A stretch of 64,000 nucleotides of DNA from a virus. Location of the stretch: IMG/VR virus record IMGVR_UViG_3300044630_004371, positions 1-64,000 of that record. One strand, 5' to 3'. The position numbers and the translations under genes were made by a program. This document shows, piece after piece, positions 39,746-49,862 of the stretch (its first letter is position 1; the number at the start of each line of letters is the position of its first letter). A model generated the notes under the pieces. It had not been told where the DNA came from, made no database searches, and was given only the letters and a program-made list of their open reading frames with translations.

Positions 39746-41539
39746 TTATTTGCTTCCGCTAAATAACCACATATATTGACCAGTTGGGTCTTGCATGTTT
39801 TTAGAAACTATTGGGTTAAATTTAGGTTTTTGTGTTGGTAGTTTATTTCTATTTTCTTTGCTAACAAACCCAGTTCCTTTTTCAAGGTCTGTTTGTGTAG
39901 GGTTGGTATTGGCCCCAATCAACCAACTATTTAAAATAGCTTTGGTTTGTTTTTCTAATTTCTCTAGATTTTTAAATGAATGTTCAACCACCCACAAAGC
40001 CATACCCAAAGCCATAAGCAAATCATCATGATAACCTTCCATATGGTCTGGTCTTCCGTTCTTATAGATAAAGGTTTTCATTTCTGAAGTCATTCTAGCT
40101 GAACGAATTTTGATACCATCAGTCCTAATCTTAAACTCAAGATTTGAAATCATTGGTAAACGAACAGAAGTTGCGTGAAAACCTGGAATTTTATTCTCCT
40201 TGTTGTAAGTCGCCAATTCTCTTTGTCTAGCTGATAAAATTTTACCGTTTTGATTATCATAATGAAGCCTCTTGTAATCAAATTCGAGCAATTTCAATAC
40301 GGTAGAAACACCCATACCACCAGTAACATCGACTACCGTATATGCTTTGTACATTTCACCATATTCTTCTACCAATTGAGCCAACAAATCTGGTTGAATC
40401 TTACCTTGATATTCCATTACTTGTTCCATGGTAGTAAAGTCTACCACAACAATAGTAGAAGAATCCTCCCCATCACCTCTGGATACGTCAACGCCCATAA
40501 CATATTGGTGTCCCTCTTGAGGAAGTTCCCATATCCATGTTTCGTTTTCACCTCCCTTGGTAATCACAGGGTCTTTTACGTTGTTTTTATTTTGTAAATC
40601 AATATACTGTTCGTCAATAACGTTACCACCAGAACCAATAAATGATACATCCAATTCTTGTGCAATCATCTTGGCATCGTTGTTCATACCACGACACATT
40701 TCTTCATACCATGATGAAGTAGGTTTCCACCCATCTTCTAGTCTGTTTTTATAAGATTGAAATGTAAATTCTACCTCTTCTTCAATTAACTCATCTTTCA
40801 ACCACTTTAAATCTTTATTGTAACGCAAATCTTCATACCATTTCATTTCAATGATGTTGAAGTTGTTTTCTTTTTTCTTGGCTTGGTCGTATGTTTTGTA
40901 ATACAAAGCATCCATACCACGTGGTGTAGAAATAAGAGTTGCTTTGCCACCAGTACCCAATGCAGTCAAAGCGGCACCGAATACTTCAGCACCATTATCA
41001 ATATACGCAGCCTCATCCATTACAAGATATGTAGGTGTAAAACCACGCAACGCATCTTTTGATGTAGCAACCGCTTTTACACGACTACCGTTAGGGAGTT
41101 TAATCTCTTTTTTGGAATCTGTAAGGAAAATACTCTTGGATTCATTTTTAGCATTACCATAATATTCATCACCCCAAACCCATCTTGGTAATTGAGATAG
41201 AAAATCTTTAATCTTGGCAAGGAATTCAAACGCCAATTCTTGTTTGTTGGCGATGATAAGAACCGCTTCTGGGTTTTCGGAATCAGCAAAACCAACCTTT
41301 ATTGACATATATGCAGCTGTTGTAGTAGATACACCAGCCTGTCTAGGTTTTGTGATAAGGTTAAATCTATGTTTATCGTAAGCGTATATTATTTCTTTTT
41401 GTCTAGGAAATAGTCTGAAGGGAACAAAACCCTCTTGAGTTTTATCAAATGTTTCCAAATAAGTTTCAATCGCATAGATTGGACTCGTCAAAGATTTGGC
41501 GTATTCTTTAAAAATCTCTTCTTTAGTTAAATTACTCAT
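39746..41539 (-). CDS. terL: Terminase large subunit, T4 gp17-like
   Basis: KPRQAGVST Walker A, VMDEAA Walker B, ISTPRG, GVDVSRGDGED, HDDLLMA. Confidence 0.93.
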   Translation of the reverse strand: MSNLTKEEIFKEYAKSLTSPIYAIETYLETFDKTQEGFVPFRLFPRQKEIIYAYDKHRFNLITKPRQAGVSTTTAAYMSIKVGFADSENPEAVLIIANKQELAFEFLAKIKDFLSQLPRWVWGDEYYGNAKNESKSIFLTDSKKEIKLPNGSRVKAVATSKDALRGFTPTYLVMDEAAYIDNGAEVFGAALTALGTGGKATLISTPRGMDALYYKTYDQAKKKENNFNIIEMKWYEDLRYNKDLKWLKDELIEEEVEFTFQSYKNRLEDGWKPTSSWYEEMCRGMNNDAKMIAQELDVSFIGSGGNVIDEQYIDLQNKNNVKDPVITKGGENETWIWELPQEGHQYVMGVDVSRGDGEDSSTIVVVDFTTMEQVMEYQGKIQPDLLAQLVEEYGEMYKAYTVVDVTGGMGVSTVLKLLEFDYKRLHYDNQNGKILSARQRELATYNKENKIPGFHATSVRLPMISNLEFKIRTDGIKIRSARMTSEMKTFIYKNGRPDHMEGYHDDLLMALGMALWVVEHSFKNLEKLEKQTKAILNSWLIGANTNPTQTDLEKGTGFVSKENRNKLPTQKPKFNPIVSKNMQDPTGQYMWLFSGSK

Positions 41540-41587
41540 ATCCTATAAATATGTTAATATACTATAAAGTGCCCTATTTTAAATAAA

Positions 41588-41611
41588 TAAGACCCCAATT
41601 TGGGGCCTTAT
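41588..41611 (-). terminator. Possible intrinsic terminator
   Basis: TAAGACCCC-AATTTT-GGGGCCTTA hairpin. Confidence 0.5.
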
Positions 41612-41632
41612 TGTGTCTATGTAAGTTCTATT

Positions 41633-42931
41633 TTAAAATAACTCATCAAACTTGAAACCATCGGAATCACCATCGGAATCTTCATCCTTATCATTACCAA
41701 AAAGGTCTTTAAAATCAAACCCTCCATCGCTTTTAATACCATCGGAATTTGTTTCCATCGAACCCTCACTATTTTTATTTACCTCATTCATTGCGTCATT
41801 AAATTCATCTTCTTGTAAACCAGTTTTAACTTCGCTAACAATTCCTTGGATTATCTTTTTACCTTCTTTGGTACCAGCCATAATCTCTCTCATTTTAACG
41901 TTGAATTCTCTAACTGGAAGTAAAGCCAATTCACTATAAATGTGATGTTTCAAATGAAAATCATCTGGTTCAATCATATTTGTAAATCTACTCCATAGAC
42001 CTGGTCCTAGGCGCATATCCCATGGTTCAGCGGCCAAGAAATCAGCTTTGTTGATTACATATTCACCTAGTTTTTTATTTTTAGGTAAAGCATGTGCTGA
42101 TAACAACTCCATTACACCCTTGACCAATTCATGGATAAGAACTGGGAATACCATCGCTTGTGCGTAGATAATGGCTTTTGGGTTTGATGTTGTTGGAAAT
42201 TGAACCCTTACAACACCTCCATTTACACCATTTTCCATCTCTGGAATAATGTAATACATATAATCAGCAGCTGCCATCATCTTAGAATATTTGTTTGGAA
42301 GTCTTGGGTCCAAATCTGTCAACTCATCATCAACCATGTGAAACATGTGGTTGCATTTTTTAGCAGCACCTTGTATCATGGCGTTCATAAACCTTCTTCT
42401 GTAAACCTCGTCCTTTGCGTTTACCATTTCATCATGGTTTTTAAACTGCATTTCACTTGTCATAGGTTTAGGATTCTTTTTGGTTGCAACCATATTTATT
42501 TCGGTAGTCAATTCAGCGTGAATTTCAACAACGTCTTTGCTCATATTAAATTCCTCACGTATCATTTCTTCAGCCAATTTACAAAGAGCTTTTCTGTGTT
42601 TTGTCTCCAACCCTATGGTTTCATAAACCATGGGCATCATTTCACGCATAACATCTCTATTTTCAATTGAATCAACATCAAACGTTCTTTTATAACGTTT
42701 GGCAACTTCGCTAAAACGTTCACCCATTATTTTTTCTTCAAACATAGCTTCATCCCCTTCTGGAAATACTGGATGTTTACCCAATGAATGGTTTCCATTA
42801 AGCAAATCCTCCTCAAGTTTCTTGTGCATTCTTTCAGACATACCTTCTGGATACACAACACCCTCGTTCAAAGTTTTTGGGTTGTTGGCTTTTTTCAAAG
42901 CATTTTCAACTATTTTTTTGTAATCACTCAT
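41633..42931 (-). CDS. Hypothetical head-module protein
   Basis: 432 aa ORF; FPVLIHELVKG, LAAEPWDMRLGP; TLNE putative processing site. Confidence 0.7.
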   Translation of the reverse strand: MSDYKKIVENALKKANNPKTLNEGVVYPEGMSERMHKKLEEDLLNGNHSLGKHPVFPEGDEAMFEEKIMGERFSEVAKRYKRTFDVDSIENRDVMREMMPMVYETIGLETKHRKALCKLAEEMIREEFNMSKDVVEIHAELTTEINMVATKKNPKPMTSEMQFKNHDEMVNAKDEVYRRRFMNAMIQGAAKKCNHMFHMVDDELTDLDPRLPNKYSKMMAAADYMYYIIPEMENGVNGGVVRVQFPTTSNPKAIIYAQAMVFPVLIHELVKGVMELLSAHALPKNKKLGEYVINKADFLAAEPWDMRLGPGLWSRFTNMIEPDDFHLKHHIYSELALLPVREFNVKMREIMAGTKEGKKIIQGIVSEVKTGLQEDEFNDAMNEVNKNSEGSMETNSDGIKSDGGFDFKDLFGNDKDEDSDGDSDGFKFDELF

Positions 42932-43959
42932 TATTTTATATCTTTTACTTTTACTACTTTTATTACTTTTGGTTTTGATAAACTTTCAGTTAATTCAGCT
43001 TTTGTTATAACTTTTTTTTCAGTTATTGGAGCTGCTGGTTCAACATCTTTAGTTTTAGATAAAACTTTTAAACCGTTTATTAAATTAGGTAACCCTTGTC
43101 TCGGAACACCAATTAATTCAGCGAAAGCTGCTATTACTTCTCTTTTAGCAACAGGGGTTTTAATAGTTTGAATTATGTTTGTTGGGATTCTTTTAGATAT
43201 CAATACCATAAGTTTTTTAGCTTTAGCATTCATTTCTTCATCGTTTTCTTCACCAGTAGGTGTCACCTCCACTAAACTTATTTTTGATTCTTTTTTCCCA
43301 CCAAACACTCTATTTTCAAAGAATTTTCTAAATTCTTTGATTGTCATGTATTTTTCATCTTCACTCATTACAGCAACAGCCAATTCAACAATGTTTTTAA
43401 ATTTTCTGAATTTACCAGTTTTTTCATTAACTAAATAATGTTTAAATTCAGAAAGATTTAAAGAATCCATACCTTTAGATTCAAGTTTAATTTTTTCTTC
43501 AATATTACCACCAAACATATCTTCATGTTGTATCATTGTTTCTTTTTCCATCATAGGTTTGGCAATGTTTTCTTCAAAATAATCCATAGGGTAAATAATG
43601 TTTTCACCAGCTTCATCTGTTTCATCGTGACAAAATACAGCCAAACCAACCTCTCCGCTAGGGTGAATACCTCTAATCATTTGATATTTATTATTACCTA
43701 TATCGAATGGGGCTGAAACCTCACCAGTATTTTCGTCTTTCACGTTGGAAAGATACTTGATAGTTGCTTTGTCTTGTGGTTCGATAAAAGCTTCTGGTGA
43801 CACCATTTCATTTTCTTCCATCTTACTAGACATTGATGAAGATGATGCTCCTTTATCAACTATTCTAACTGTATCTGTTGGTTTAAGATGTCCTCTTTGT
43901 TTATTCAATTCGTCACCTGTCAATTCTACTGTAATTTCGTTAACTTTTTTATTGTTCAT
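42931..43959 (-). CDS. Hypothetical acidic head-module protein
   Basis: Translationally coupled ORF with VNE/LVE/ITE/LTE sites. Confidence 0.65.
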   Translation of the reverse strand: MNNKKVNEITVELTGDELNKQRGHLKPTDTVRIVDKGASSSSMSSKMEENEMVSPEAFIEPQDKATIKYLSNVKDENTGEVSAPFDIGNNKYQMIRGIHPSGEVGLAVFCHDETDEAGENIIYPMDYFEENIAKPMMEKETMIQHEDMFGGNIEEKIKLESKGMDSLNLSEFKHYLVNEKTGKFRKFKNIVELAVAVMSEDEKYMTIKEFRKFFENRVFGGKKESKISLVEVTPTGEENDEEMNAKAKKLMVLISKRIPTNIIQTIKTPVAKREVIAAFAELIGVPRQGLPNLINGLKVLSKTKDVEPAAPITEKKVITKAELTESLSKPKVIKVVKVKDIK

Positions 43960-44356
43960 GATTTTGTTTGTTATAATTTAGTATTAGGTCTTTTTCATAT
44001 AGTTTACCTTCAACACTCTTCAAAGGCTCACCAAATTTAAAACAAAGTCTTTTATCTGGGTAAGAATCATAAACGTTTATGTTCTCCCACGCCAAAGCTA
44101 TAACATCATCTACCGCATCCCAAACAGCGAACGTGTCACTATTTTGTATTACGTCCAATTTTAATTCTGATTCCAAACGACCAACTTTTTTAATAAAGTG
44201 TTCGTGTGGTGCTTCTGGTCGGCCAGAGGCTGGGAAAGTATCCCATTCATTTCCATCAATATTTTTGGTCGTATCAGAAAAGATAAATTCATAAAGATAA
44301 TCACCTTTATAATCTTTACCAACCATGTTTACATATATTAAAAATAGGTCTTTCAT
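43949..44356 (-). CDS. Hypothetical protein
   Basis: Coupled ORF (YEFIFS, DAVDDVIALAWE). Confidence 0.7.
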   Translation of the reverse strand: MKDLFLIYVNMVGKDYKGDYLYEFIFSDTTKNIDGNEWDTFPASGRPEAPHEHFIKKVGRLESELKLDVIQNSDTFAVWDAVDDVIALAWENINVYDSYPDKRLCFKFGEPLKSVEGKLYEKDLILNYNKQNHEQ

Positions 44357-46977
44357 TAACCGATATACATGTTTAATTCATAGTTACCACCATCCATTCT
44401 ATAAATTTGAATATTTAAAGACTTTCTTTGTGGCATACCATCCTTTGTTAGTTCTTTGTGTAATCTTTCTGTATGACCATAAGGTACGTGTTGAACATCG
44501 TTCATATCAAACTCAACCCCATCGTAACCTCTATTGATAGCATAACCTCTAACTGCATCCAAAGCACTAGAAAGAGTCTTGTGGTATGTCTCATAATCAA
44601 ATTTACCCTCTTTAACAGCTTTTGGGTCTGGTTGAGTGCTGGGCATTGGTAGGAAAGGTTTATCCTTTCTACTTGGTTGTCTTACAGGTTGTTCTGCTGG
44701 TTTAGTTGTTGGTTTTACAACTGGTTCTGTTACTGGTTGATTCATAGTGTCTTCTTGATTAAAAGATTCATACATCTTCATTTTAATATAATTTTTATCA
44801 AATATACTACTTTTTTTTGATTCTGACAAGTCTTTTTCAACAATTTTAGACACTGGTTTTTTAGACCACATTCTACATGACCAATATTTAGGTGTTGTTC
44901 TATCTTTGGCTTGAGAACACTTGTGTCTTGCTCTAAAAGATTTTCTTCTTTTTGGATTGTCTCTTTTTATTTCCATATTGGGGTCACCAAAATTGACTTT
45001 TACAACCTTACCAGAACTATTTTTAACAAATACCTTGAATTTCTTAACATCACCTCTCATTGGTTTACCCAATTTTACAGTTCTGCCTTTATATTCAGCT
45101 TCATTCATGGTTGTATTTTGAACACTACCGTATTCATCACTATAACCACCTTGAGTTTCACCATCATAAGAATCAACCTCGGTTTCAATAAAGTGATAAA
45201 CTTCTTCAACATCATCAGCTGAAGTAGCCACATGGTCTAGTGCCCAACCATGACCATCAGATAGAATTGAATCAACTCTAGATGGGTCCATTTCTAACAT
45301 TTCTTTGGCACCATGATGCATGGTTTTTAGGTTTTGCCAAAACATGTAATTATTTGATTCATGTTCGTGTTCCATCATAGGTTCACCATCAGCACCTTCA
45401 TAGTTTATTTGACCTTCCAAGAAATGATAAACTTCTTCAATGTCATCATTTGCAGTAGCCATATGGTCTAGTGCCCAACCATGACCATCAGATAGAATTG
45501 AATCCACTCTATTGCAATCCATTTTCATCAACTCACCAGTTGCATGAACAATTGTTTTAAGGTTAGACCAAAACATGTAATTATTTGTTTCACCCATATT
45601 TTCATTAAGTTCATCTGAAGTATCATAATGTTTTAAGTTTCCTATAGGATATCTTTCACCAGTTTCAGCGTTATATAAAACAATCACCTCTTCACCATCT
45701 TTATTACCAATAAAATAGTGTATGTTATCATTGGTTAAACTCCAATATAAAGTTCTTCCATAATCATCTTCTTCTCTTTTTTGTACTTTATCACCAGAAG
45801 CAGACTCAATAGCTGATTTAACAAAATCAAAACTAATATTTTCATAAACGTTATATTTGGATTCATTTGTTGATTTTTTACCCCATGAATCACCTTTTCC
45901 TTTGGTTTTACAAGCACTAGGTGTTGGTCTGCATGAAGGATACTTGGCTCTGCTTTCACCATCTTCTCTACCACATGGTTTACATTTTCCATCCCTACAT
46001 GTATTGCAATCTACCCAACCCTTGCTACCTTCACCACCTCTTCTAGAAAACCAACCATGCAATCCGCTTTCTTTTTCTTTAGAAAAATCAGTTTTTTTAG
46101 CGGCTTCTTCTATTGATTCATTATGTTTTTTTCTTCCTTGGCAATGTGCTTTTTGACTAAAACCCTTAGGGTTGTCACAATCAATACTTCTTTTATATTT
46201 TTGTGACCATTTTTCATCTAATTGTTCGTCAGTCATGGACTTATAATCACCCATTTCTTTTAAATCTTCCTCCTTAAGCCCTTTCCAAATCTTACCTTTT
46301 CTGCATCTAACAACAGCACCAGAAGCATAAGCAGATGGCCAAACATCATATTTGCTTTTAGCTATTCTTGTGCATCTGTCTGATTCATCTAAAATATCAT
46401 TTGAACCATCTTGAAACATATTGTTTTTCTTAGGGTTAACAAATAAATTATCCATGTTTTCGTAAACATGCAATTCATCCAAACCTTCTTCGTCAGATGG
46501 TTCAGATTCTGGTTCTGGTTCTTCGCTAGGTGTTTCATCAGATGTTTCATCGCTTTCTGGGGCAACATCTTTATCTTTTTGACCAGCAGTTTTAACTTTG
46601 TTTATGATGTCTTTTTGGTCATCAACATCCATTTCAGAAGTGTGAGTTGCTGACAATAACGAATTTATTGAGAACTTTTCTAGTTCAAAATCTGGTTGAC
46701 CTTGTTCTTCAGTATATTTTCTTAGGGATTGTCCTAACTTTCCAGTTAGTTGCTCAATAAATTTCTTTGGGTCTGTTTCTTCATTAGCATCAACACCAGC
46801 ATCAAATGGTTCATCATCAAATGGTTTTTCATTTGAACTTGGTGTTTCACTATCAAATGAAATATCTGCTGGTTCTGCTGGTTCTGCTGGTTCAGTTGTA
46901 GCTGCTGGTTCTGGGGTAGAACCAGCAACTTTTAACTTATATTTTGTTTCTTCAGTTAGACTTTTTTTTTTAACCCT
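44356..46977 (-). CDS. Large modular protein; frame is open 107 codons upstream of the track start and is probably reached by -1 frameshift from 46956..47681
   Basis: Frame open from 46977 (SLTEETKYKLKVAG...DPKKFIEQLTGKLGQSLR) with no ATG until well downstream; string of short Cys-rich/basic modules. Confidence 0.75.
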   Translation of the reverse strand, partial: RVKKKSLTEETKYKLKVAGSTPEPAATTEPAEPAEPADISFDSETPSSNEKPFDDEPFDAGVDANEETDPKKFIEQLTGKLGQSLRKYTEEQGQPDFELEKFSINSLLSATHTSEMDVDDQKDIINKVKTAGQKDKDVAPESDETSDETPSEEPEPESEPSDEEGLDELHVYENMDNLFVNPKKNNMFQDGSNDILDESDRCTRIAKSKYDVWPSAYASGAVVRCRKGKIWKGLKEEDLKEMGDYKSMTDEQLDEKWSQKYKRSIDCDNPKGFSQKAHCQGRKKHNESIEEAAKKTDFSKEKESGLHGWFSRRGGEGSKGWVDCNTCRDGKCKPCGREDGESRAKYPSCRPTPSACKTKGKGDSWGKKSTNESKYNVYENISFDFVKSAIESASGDKVQKREEDDYGRTLYWSLTNDNIHYFIGNKDGEEVIVLYNAETGERYPIGNLKHYDTSDELNENMGETNNYMFWSNLKTIVHATGELMKMDCNRVDSILSDGHGWALDHMATANDDIEEVYHFLEGQINYEGADGEPMMEHEHESNNYMFWQNLKTMHHGAKEMLEMDPSRVDSILSDGHGWALDHVATSADDVEEVYHFIETEVDSYDGETQGGYSDEYGSVQNTTMNEAEYKGRTVKLGKPMRGDVKKFKVFVKNSSGKVVKVNFGDPNMEIKRDNPKRRKSFRARHKCSQAKDRTTPKYWSCRMWSKKPVSKIVEKDLSESKKSSIFDKNYIKMKMYESFNQEDTMNQPVTEPVVKPTTKPAEQPVRQPSRKDKPFLPMPSTQPDPKAVKEGKFDYETYHKTLSSALDAVRGYAINRGYDGVEFDMNDVQHVPYGHTERLHKELTKDGMPQRKSLNIQIYRMDGGNYELNMYIG
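45190..45590. repeat. Internal duplicated module NYMFW...VDSILSDGHGWALDH...EEVYHF (x2)
   Basis: Near-identical ~50 nt cores at ~45232-45280 and ~45463-45511. Confidence 0.85.
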
Positions 46978-47681
46978 TCAGTTAGGTTATTGATAAGTCT
47001 ATCCATGTTTTTAATTGATGTTGAAATGCTAAGTTTTGATTCTTCCATACCTTTCTTTTCACCTCTTAACTTTTTGAAATCATCACTATCCAACTTGCCA
47101 TTTTTATTCATGTCAAGTTTTGATTGATTTCCTTTAAGTTCTTCTCTAGTCATCATTTCATCTATGGCTTTTTCAGCTTCAGAAAGCTCATCTTCTTCTT
47201 CTTCTTCTTCTTCCCACATTGATTGTTGTCCTTCATTGTTTCCTTTACCAGAAAAACCATTGGTTTTCATTTCAGAAAAACCACCAGCACTAGGCATGTT
47301 TTCTGAAATAAGGTTGTCGTTTTCAAATATGTTGATTTCACCTTCAAAGTTATAAGCTTCAGCTAGACTTTTGAATTTAAAACTTAAATGTTTGATGGCC
47401 TTGGCATATGAAGTGTAAACTTCATCTTTTTTGTTCATCAAACCTCCGATATATTTGAAATCTTCAGCAACCAAGTTAGAAGTTTTGGTGGTTTTTTTAA
47501 TAAACCATTCGTGGTTTTCTCTTATGATAGCATAAGCGTTACCGTCTGGACCCATCTTGGTCAATTCAACAACAACATTAGATTGGTTTTCATTAATAGA
47601 TTTGATACCCATTAATTCTTTCATACGTTCATTTATTTGTTGTCCCTTAAGACCAACTGGTGTGATTCTATTATTTTTCAT
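46956..47681 (-). CDS. Hypothetical head-module protein (N-terminal part of putative frameshift fusion)
   Basis: Ends TTA AAA AAA AAA GTC TAA; contains DMNKNGKLDSDD EF-hand-like loop; ATATTTAT motif at 47714-47721. Confidence 0.75.
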   Translation of the reverse strand: MKNNRITPVGLKGQQINERMKELMGIKSINENQSNVVVELTKMGPDGNAYAIIRENHEWFIKKTTKTSNLVAEDFKYIGGLMNKKDEVYTSYAKAIKHLSFKFKSLAEAYNFEGEINIFENDNLISENMPSAGGFSEMKTNGFSGKGNNEGQQSMWEEEEEEEDELSEAEKAIDEMMTREELKGNQSKLDMNKNGKLDSDDFKKLRGEKKGMEESKLSISTSIKNMDRLINNLTEGLKKKV

Positions 47682-47722
47682 GTTATATCCTTTTGTTTTT
47701 TGTTTATTTTAATATAAATATG

Positions 47723-47980
47723 TTACTGCCCCAAATAGTAACCATTTGGTAAACCTTGAAATACATTTTGTTTTTCACCTAATAGATAACAACCAGTACC
47801 ACCACTTACACTATTAACCCAAACCCTTAAATTTGATTGAGCCCCTACACTAACGGTTACACCATTAAGTACTATTGTACAACCAGCAGAACCACCATAT
47901 ATTTCATTATATGTGTGTGCTGTCAAATTAGGTGACTGAGCTGGAACGATTATGCTATGTACATCATTAATATTTGTCAT
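47723..47980 (-). CDS. Small putative virion protein
   Basis: Gly/beta-rich ORF; ATATTTAT motif at 47998-48005. Confidence 0.55.
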   Translation of the reverse strand: MTNINDVHSIIVPAQSPNLTAHTYNEIYGGSAGCTIVLNGVTVSVGAQSNLRVWVNSVSGGTGCYLLGEKQNVFQGLPNGYYLGQ

Positions 47981-48015
47981 TTTTATATTGTTTTCTTATA
48001 AATATCACTTAAAAC

Positions 48016-48040
48016 AAAAAAAGCACCTCTAGGTGCTTTT
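48016..48040 (-). terminator. Intrinsic terminator after thyA
   Basis: AAAAGCACC-TCTA-GGTGCTTTT. Confidence 0.75.
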
Positions 48041-48062
48041 ATATTATTATTTTAATTGGTAG

Positions 48063-49058
48063 CTAGTTGCTTAAAGGTGCTTTTATTGTTGGGTGTGATT
48101 GATAATCACCTAATTGTATATCTTCTTCTAATAAGCATCTACAAAATTCATCATTTTTAAATGAATCAAAAATAGCCGCTGCATCTAAAGGTCCTTCACC
48201 ACACTCACCACCTTCATAAGGCCAAAACTCAGTGTTGATGTTTAGGGTTGGTAGTGGATATGGTTCTCTTGCTCTGGTTGGAACCCCCCATGTATCTAAA
48301 CAATATAATATTTTATCATCATCATTTTGTGTATGACCAAAATCTAATAATCCATCATATCCTAGTATATCAATACCATAATTAGTTCTTTCTTCCAAAC
48401 TCAATTCTCTACCAATTTGTTCTTTGGCTTGTTCAACATGATTTGAATATAAATGCACATCACCTAAATTACCAATAAGCTCATCTGGAACCATATTAAC
48501 TGCCTTGGCGATTATTTCAAGTAGCAATCCATAAGAAGCAATATTGAATGGTAAACCTAAGAATGTATCTACTGAACGTTGATTCCACATCAGTGAGATT
48601 GCTCTGGTTGGTATTGTATCTTTGTACTTTTCATAATCCATTCCAATATCTCCGTACTTTTTAATATATAAATCAACTCTTTCTCCTCTATTCAACTCTC
48701 TTGTATAAACTTGAAATCCATAATGACAAGGTGGAAGAACCATTTGGTCGAGCTCGGCTGGGTTCCAAGCTGACACAAGTAGGCGTCTTGAATCTGGGTT
48801 TGTTTTAAGGTCTTGGATTAGGTTTGCGATTTGGTCTGTGTGTGTGAACTCTGTTGAATGTATTTTATAGATACCTTCCGTTTTATCTAATTCATCAACG
48901 TGAATAGTCTTAAATTGTTTCCAACTTCTCCATTGCTTACCATACACTGGCCCGAGGTTACCAAACCTATCAGCAAATTTTTTATCAGTTTTTATTTTTT
49001 CTACAAATTCTTCTTTTGTATAGGGTCTACCCTCTGGATGTAAATGTTCTTTATTCAT
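48063..49058 (-). CDS. thyA: Thymidylate synthase, C-terminal fragment
   Basis: LGPVYGKQWR, PDSRR, LPPCH (catalytic Cys), QRSVDTFLGLPFNIASY, GDVHLYSNH; own ATG at 49058. Confidence 0.9.
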   Translation of the reverse strand: MNKEHLHPEGRPYTKEEFVEKIKTDKKFADRFGNLGPVYGKQWRSWKQFKTIHVDELDKTEGIYKIHSTEFTHTDQIANLIQDLKTNPDSRRLLVSAWNPAELDQMVLPPCHYGFQVYTRELNRGERVDLYIKKYGDIGMDYEKYKDTIPTRAISLMWNQRSVDTFLGLPFNIASYGLLLEIIAKAVNMVPDELIGNLGDVHLYSNHVEQAKEQIGRELSLEERTNYGIDILGYDGLLDFGHTQNDDDKILYCLDTWGVPTRAREPYPLPTLNINTEFWPYEGGECGEGPLDAAAIFDSFKNDEFCRCLLEEDIQLGDYQSHPTIKAPLSN

Positions 49059-49062
49059 AACT

Positions 49063-49806
49063 TTATTTTTTTTTACAATTATCAAAATGATACCTGACCA
49101 TATTTGCCGATTTTTTAGCGGATAAATTACAATGAGGACAAGTAATTATTTCACGATTTTTAATTGATTCTTTTTGTTTTCTAATGCTATCATCACTTCT
49201 TTTACTACCTAATTTTAATTCTGATAATATTTTTTTTGTTTTGTCCGTGTGGTGTTTTCCAAACATAGAGTTTTTTTCTCCTTTTGATGTACCATTAATT
49301 CTTTTAGTTTCCTTTTGTTTATTTATCTGTTCAATCGGTTTTGGAACCCCTTTTTGAGATTCACTAATTTTTTTATTTCTTTCAAGTATGAAAGTGGGAT
49401 TATTTAATCTTGTTTCATTCCACTTGTTTTTCATTGATTCGGAAATTTTTTTTATTCTATTTTCTTTCTCATCTGTCGGTTTGTCACTTTCAGTTTTTCT
49501 TTTCCTTTCATAAATTTCTTTTTTTTGTGGATTATTAGAAATTGTATCTCCCCCATTTCCTCCTAATGCAATATTATAACCTTCTTTTATAGAATTAAAA
49601 TAATTAATCCAATAAACTTCTCTTTCTAACCAAGTTTTTTCATTTTCACATTCTTCAATCACTTCTTTAACAAAGTTATCTTTACCATATTTCACTATAG
49701 CTTGTTTCAATATTTTACCAGAACCAAGATACTTATCGTTGTTGTGTTTATCCTTACCTATATAAATTTTCCCGTTAATCAAATTTGTTGTTTTGTATAT
49801 AATCAT
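49063..49806 (-). CDS. GIY-YIG (Seg-like) homing endonuclease with NUMOD3 and C-terminal zinc finger
   Basis: IIYKTTNLINGKIYIG, YLGSG, GEKNSMFGKHH, CPHC...HFDNC. Confidence 0.9.
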   Translation of the reverse strand: MIIYKTTNLINGKIYIGKDKHNNDKYLGSGKILKQAIVKYGKDNFVKEVIEECENEKTWLEREVYWINYFNSIKEGYNIALGGNGGDTISNNPQKKEIYERKRKTESDKPTDEKENRIKKISESMKNKWNETRLNNPTFILERNKKISESQKGVPKPIEQINKQKETKRINGTSKGEKNSMFGKHHTDKTKKILSELKLGSKRSDDSIRKQKESIKNREIITCPHCNLSAKKSANMVRYHFDNCKKK

Positions 49807-49862
49807 AATAATATCTTTATTAATAAATATACAAAAAAACCAAAAAAACTCAATAAGAATAG

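Noticed and set aside
39746-41539. Intein in terminase or other core genes
   Set aside because: Normal lengths and no C-x...HN-(C/S/T) splice motifs seen.
46746-46928. 60-aa Gln/Met-rich ORF
   Set aside because: Alternative frame of the EPA/DEPF-repeat region; the -1 frame continuous with 44356 is the credible one.
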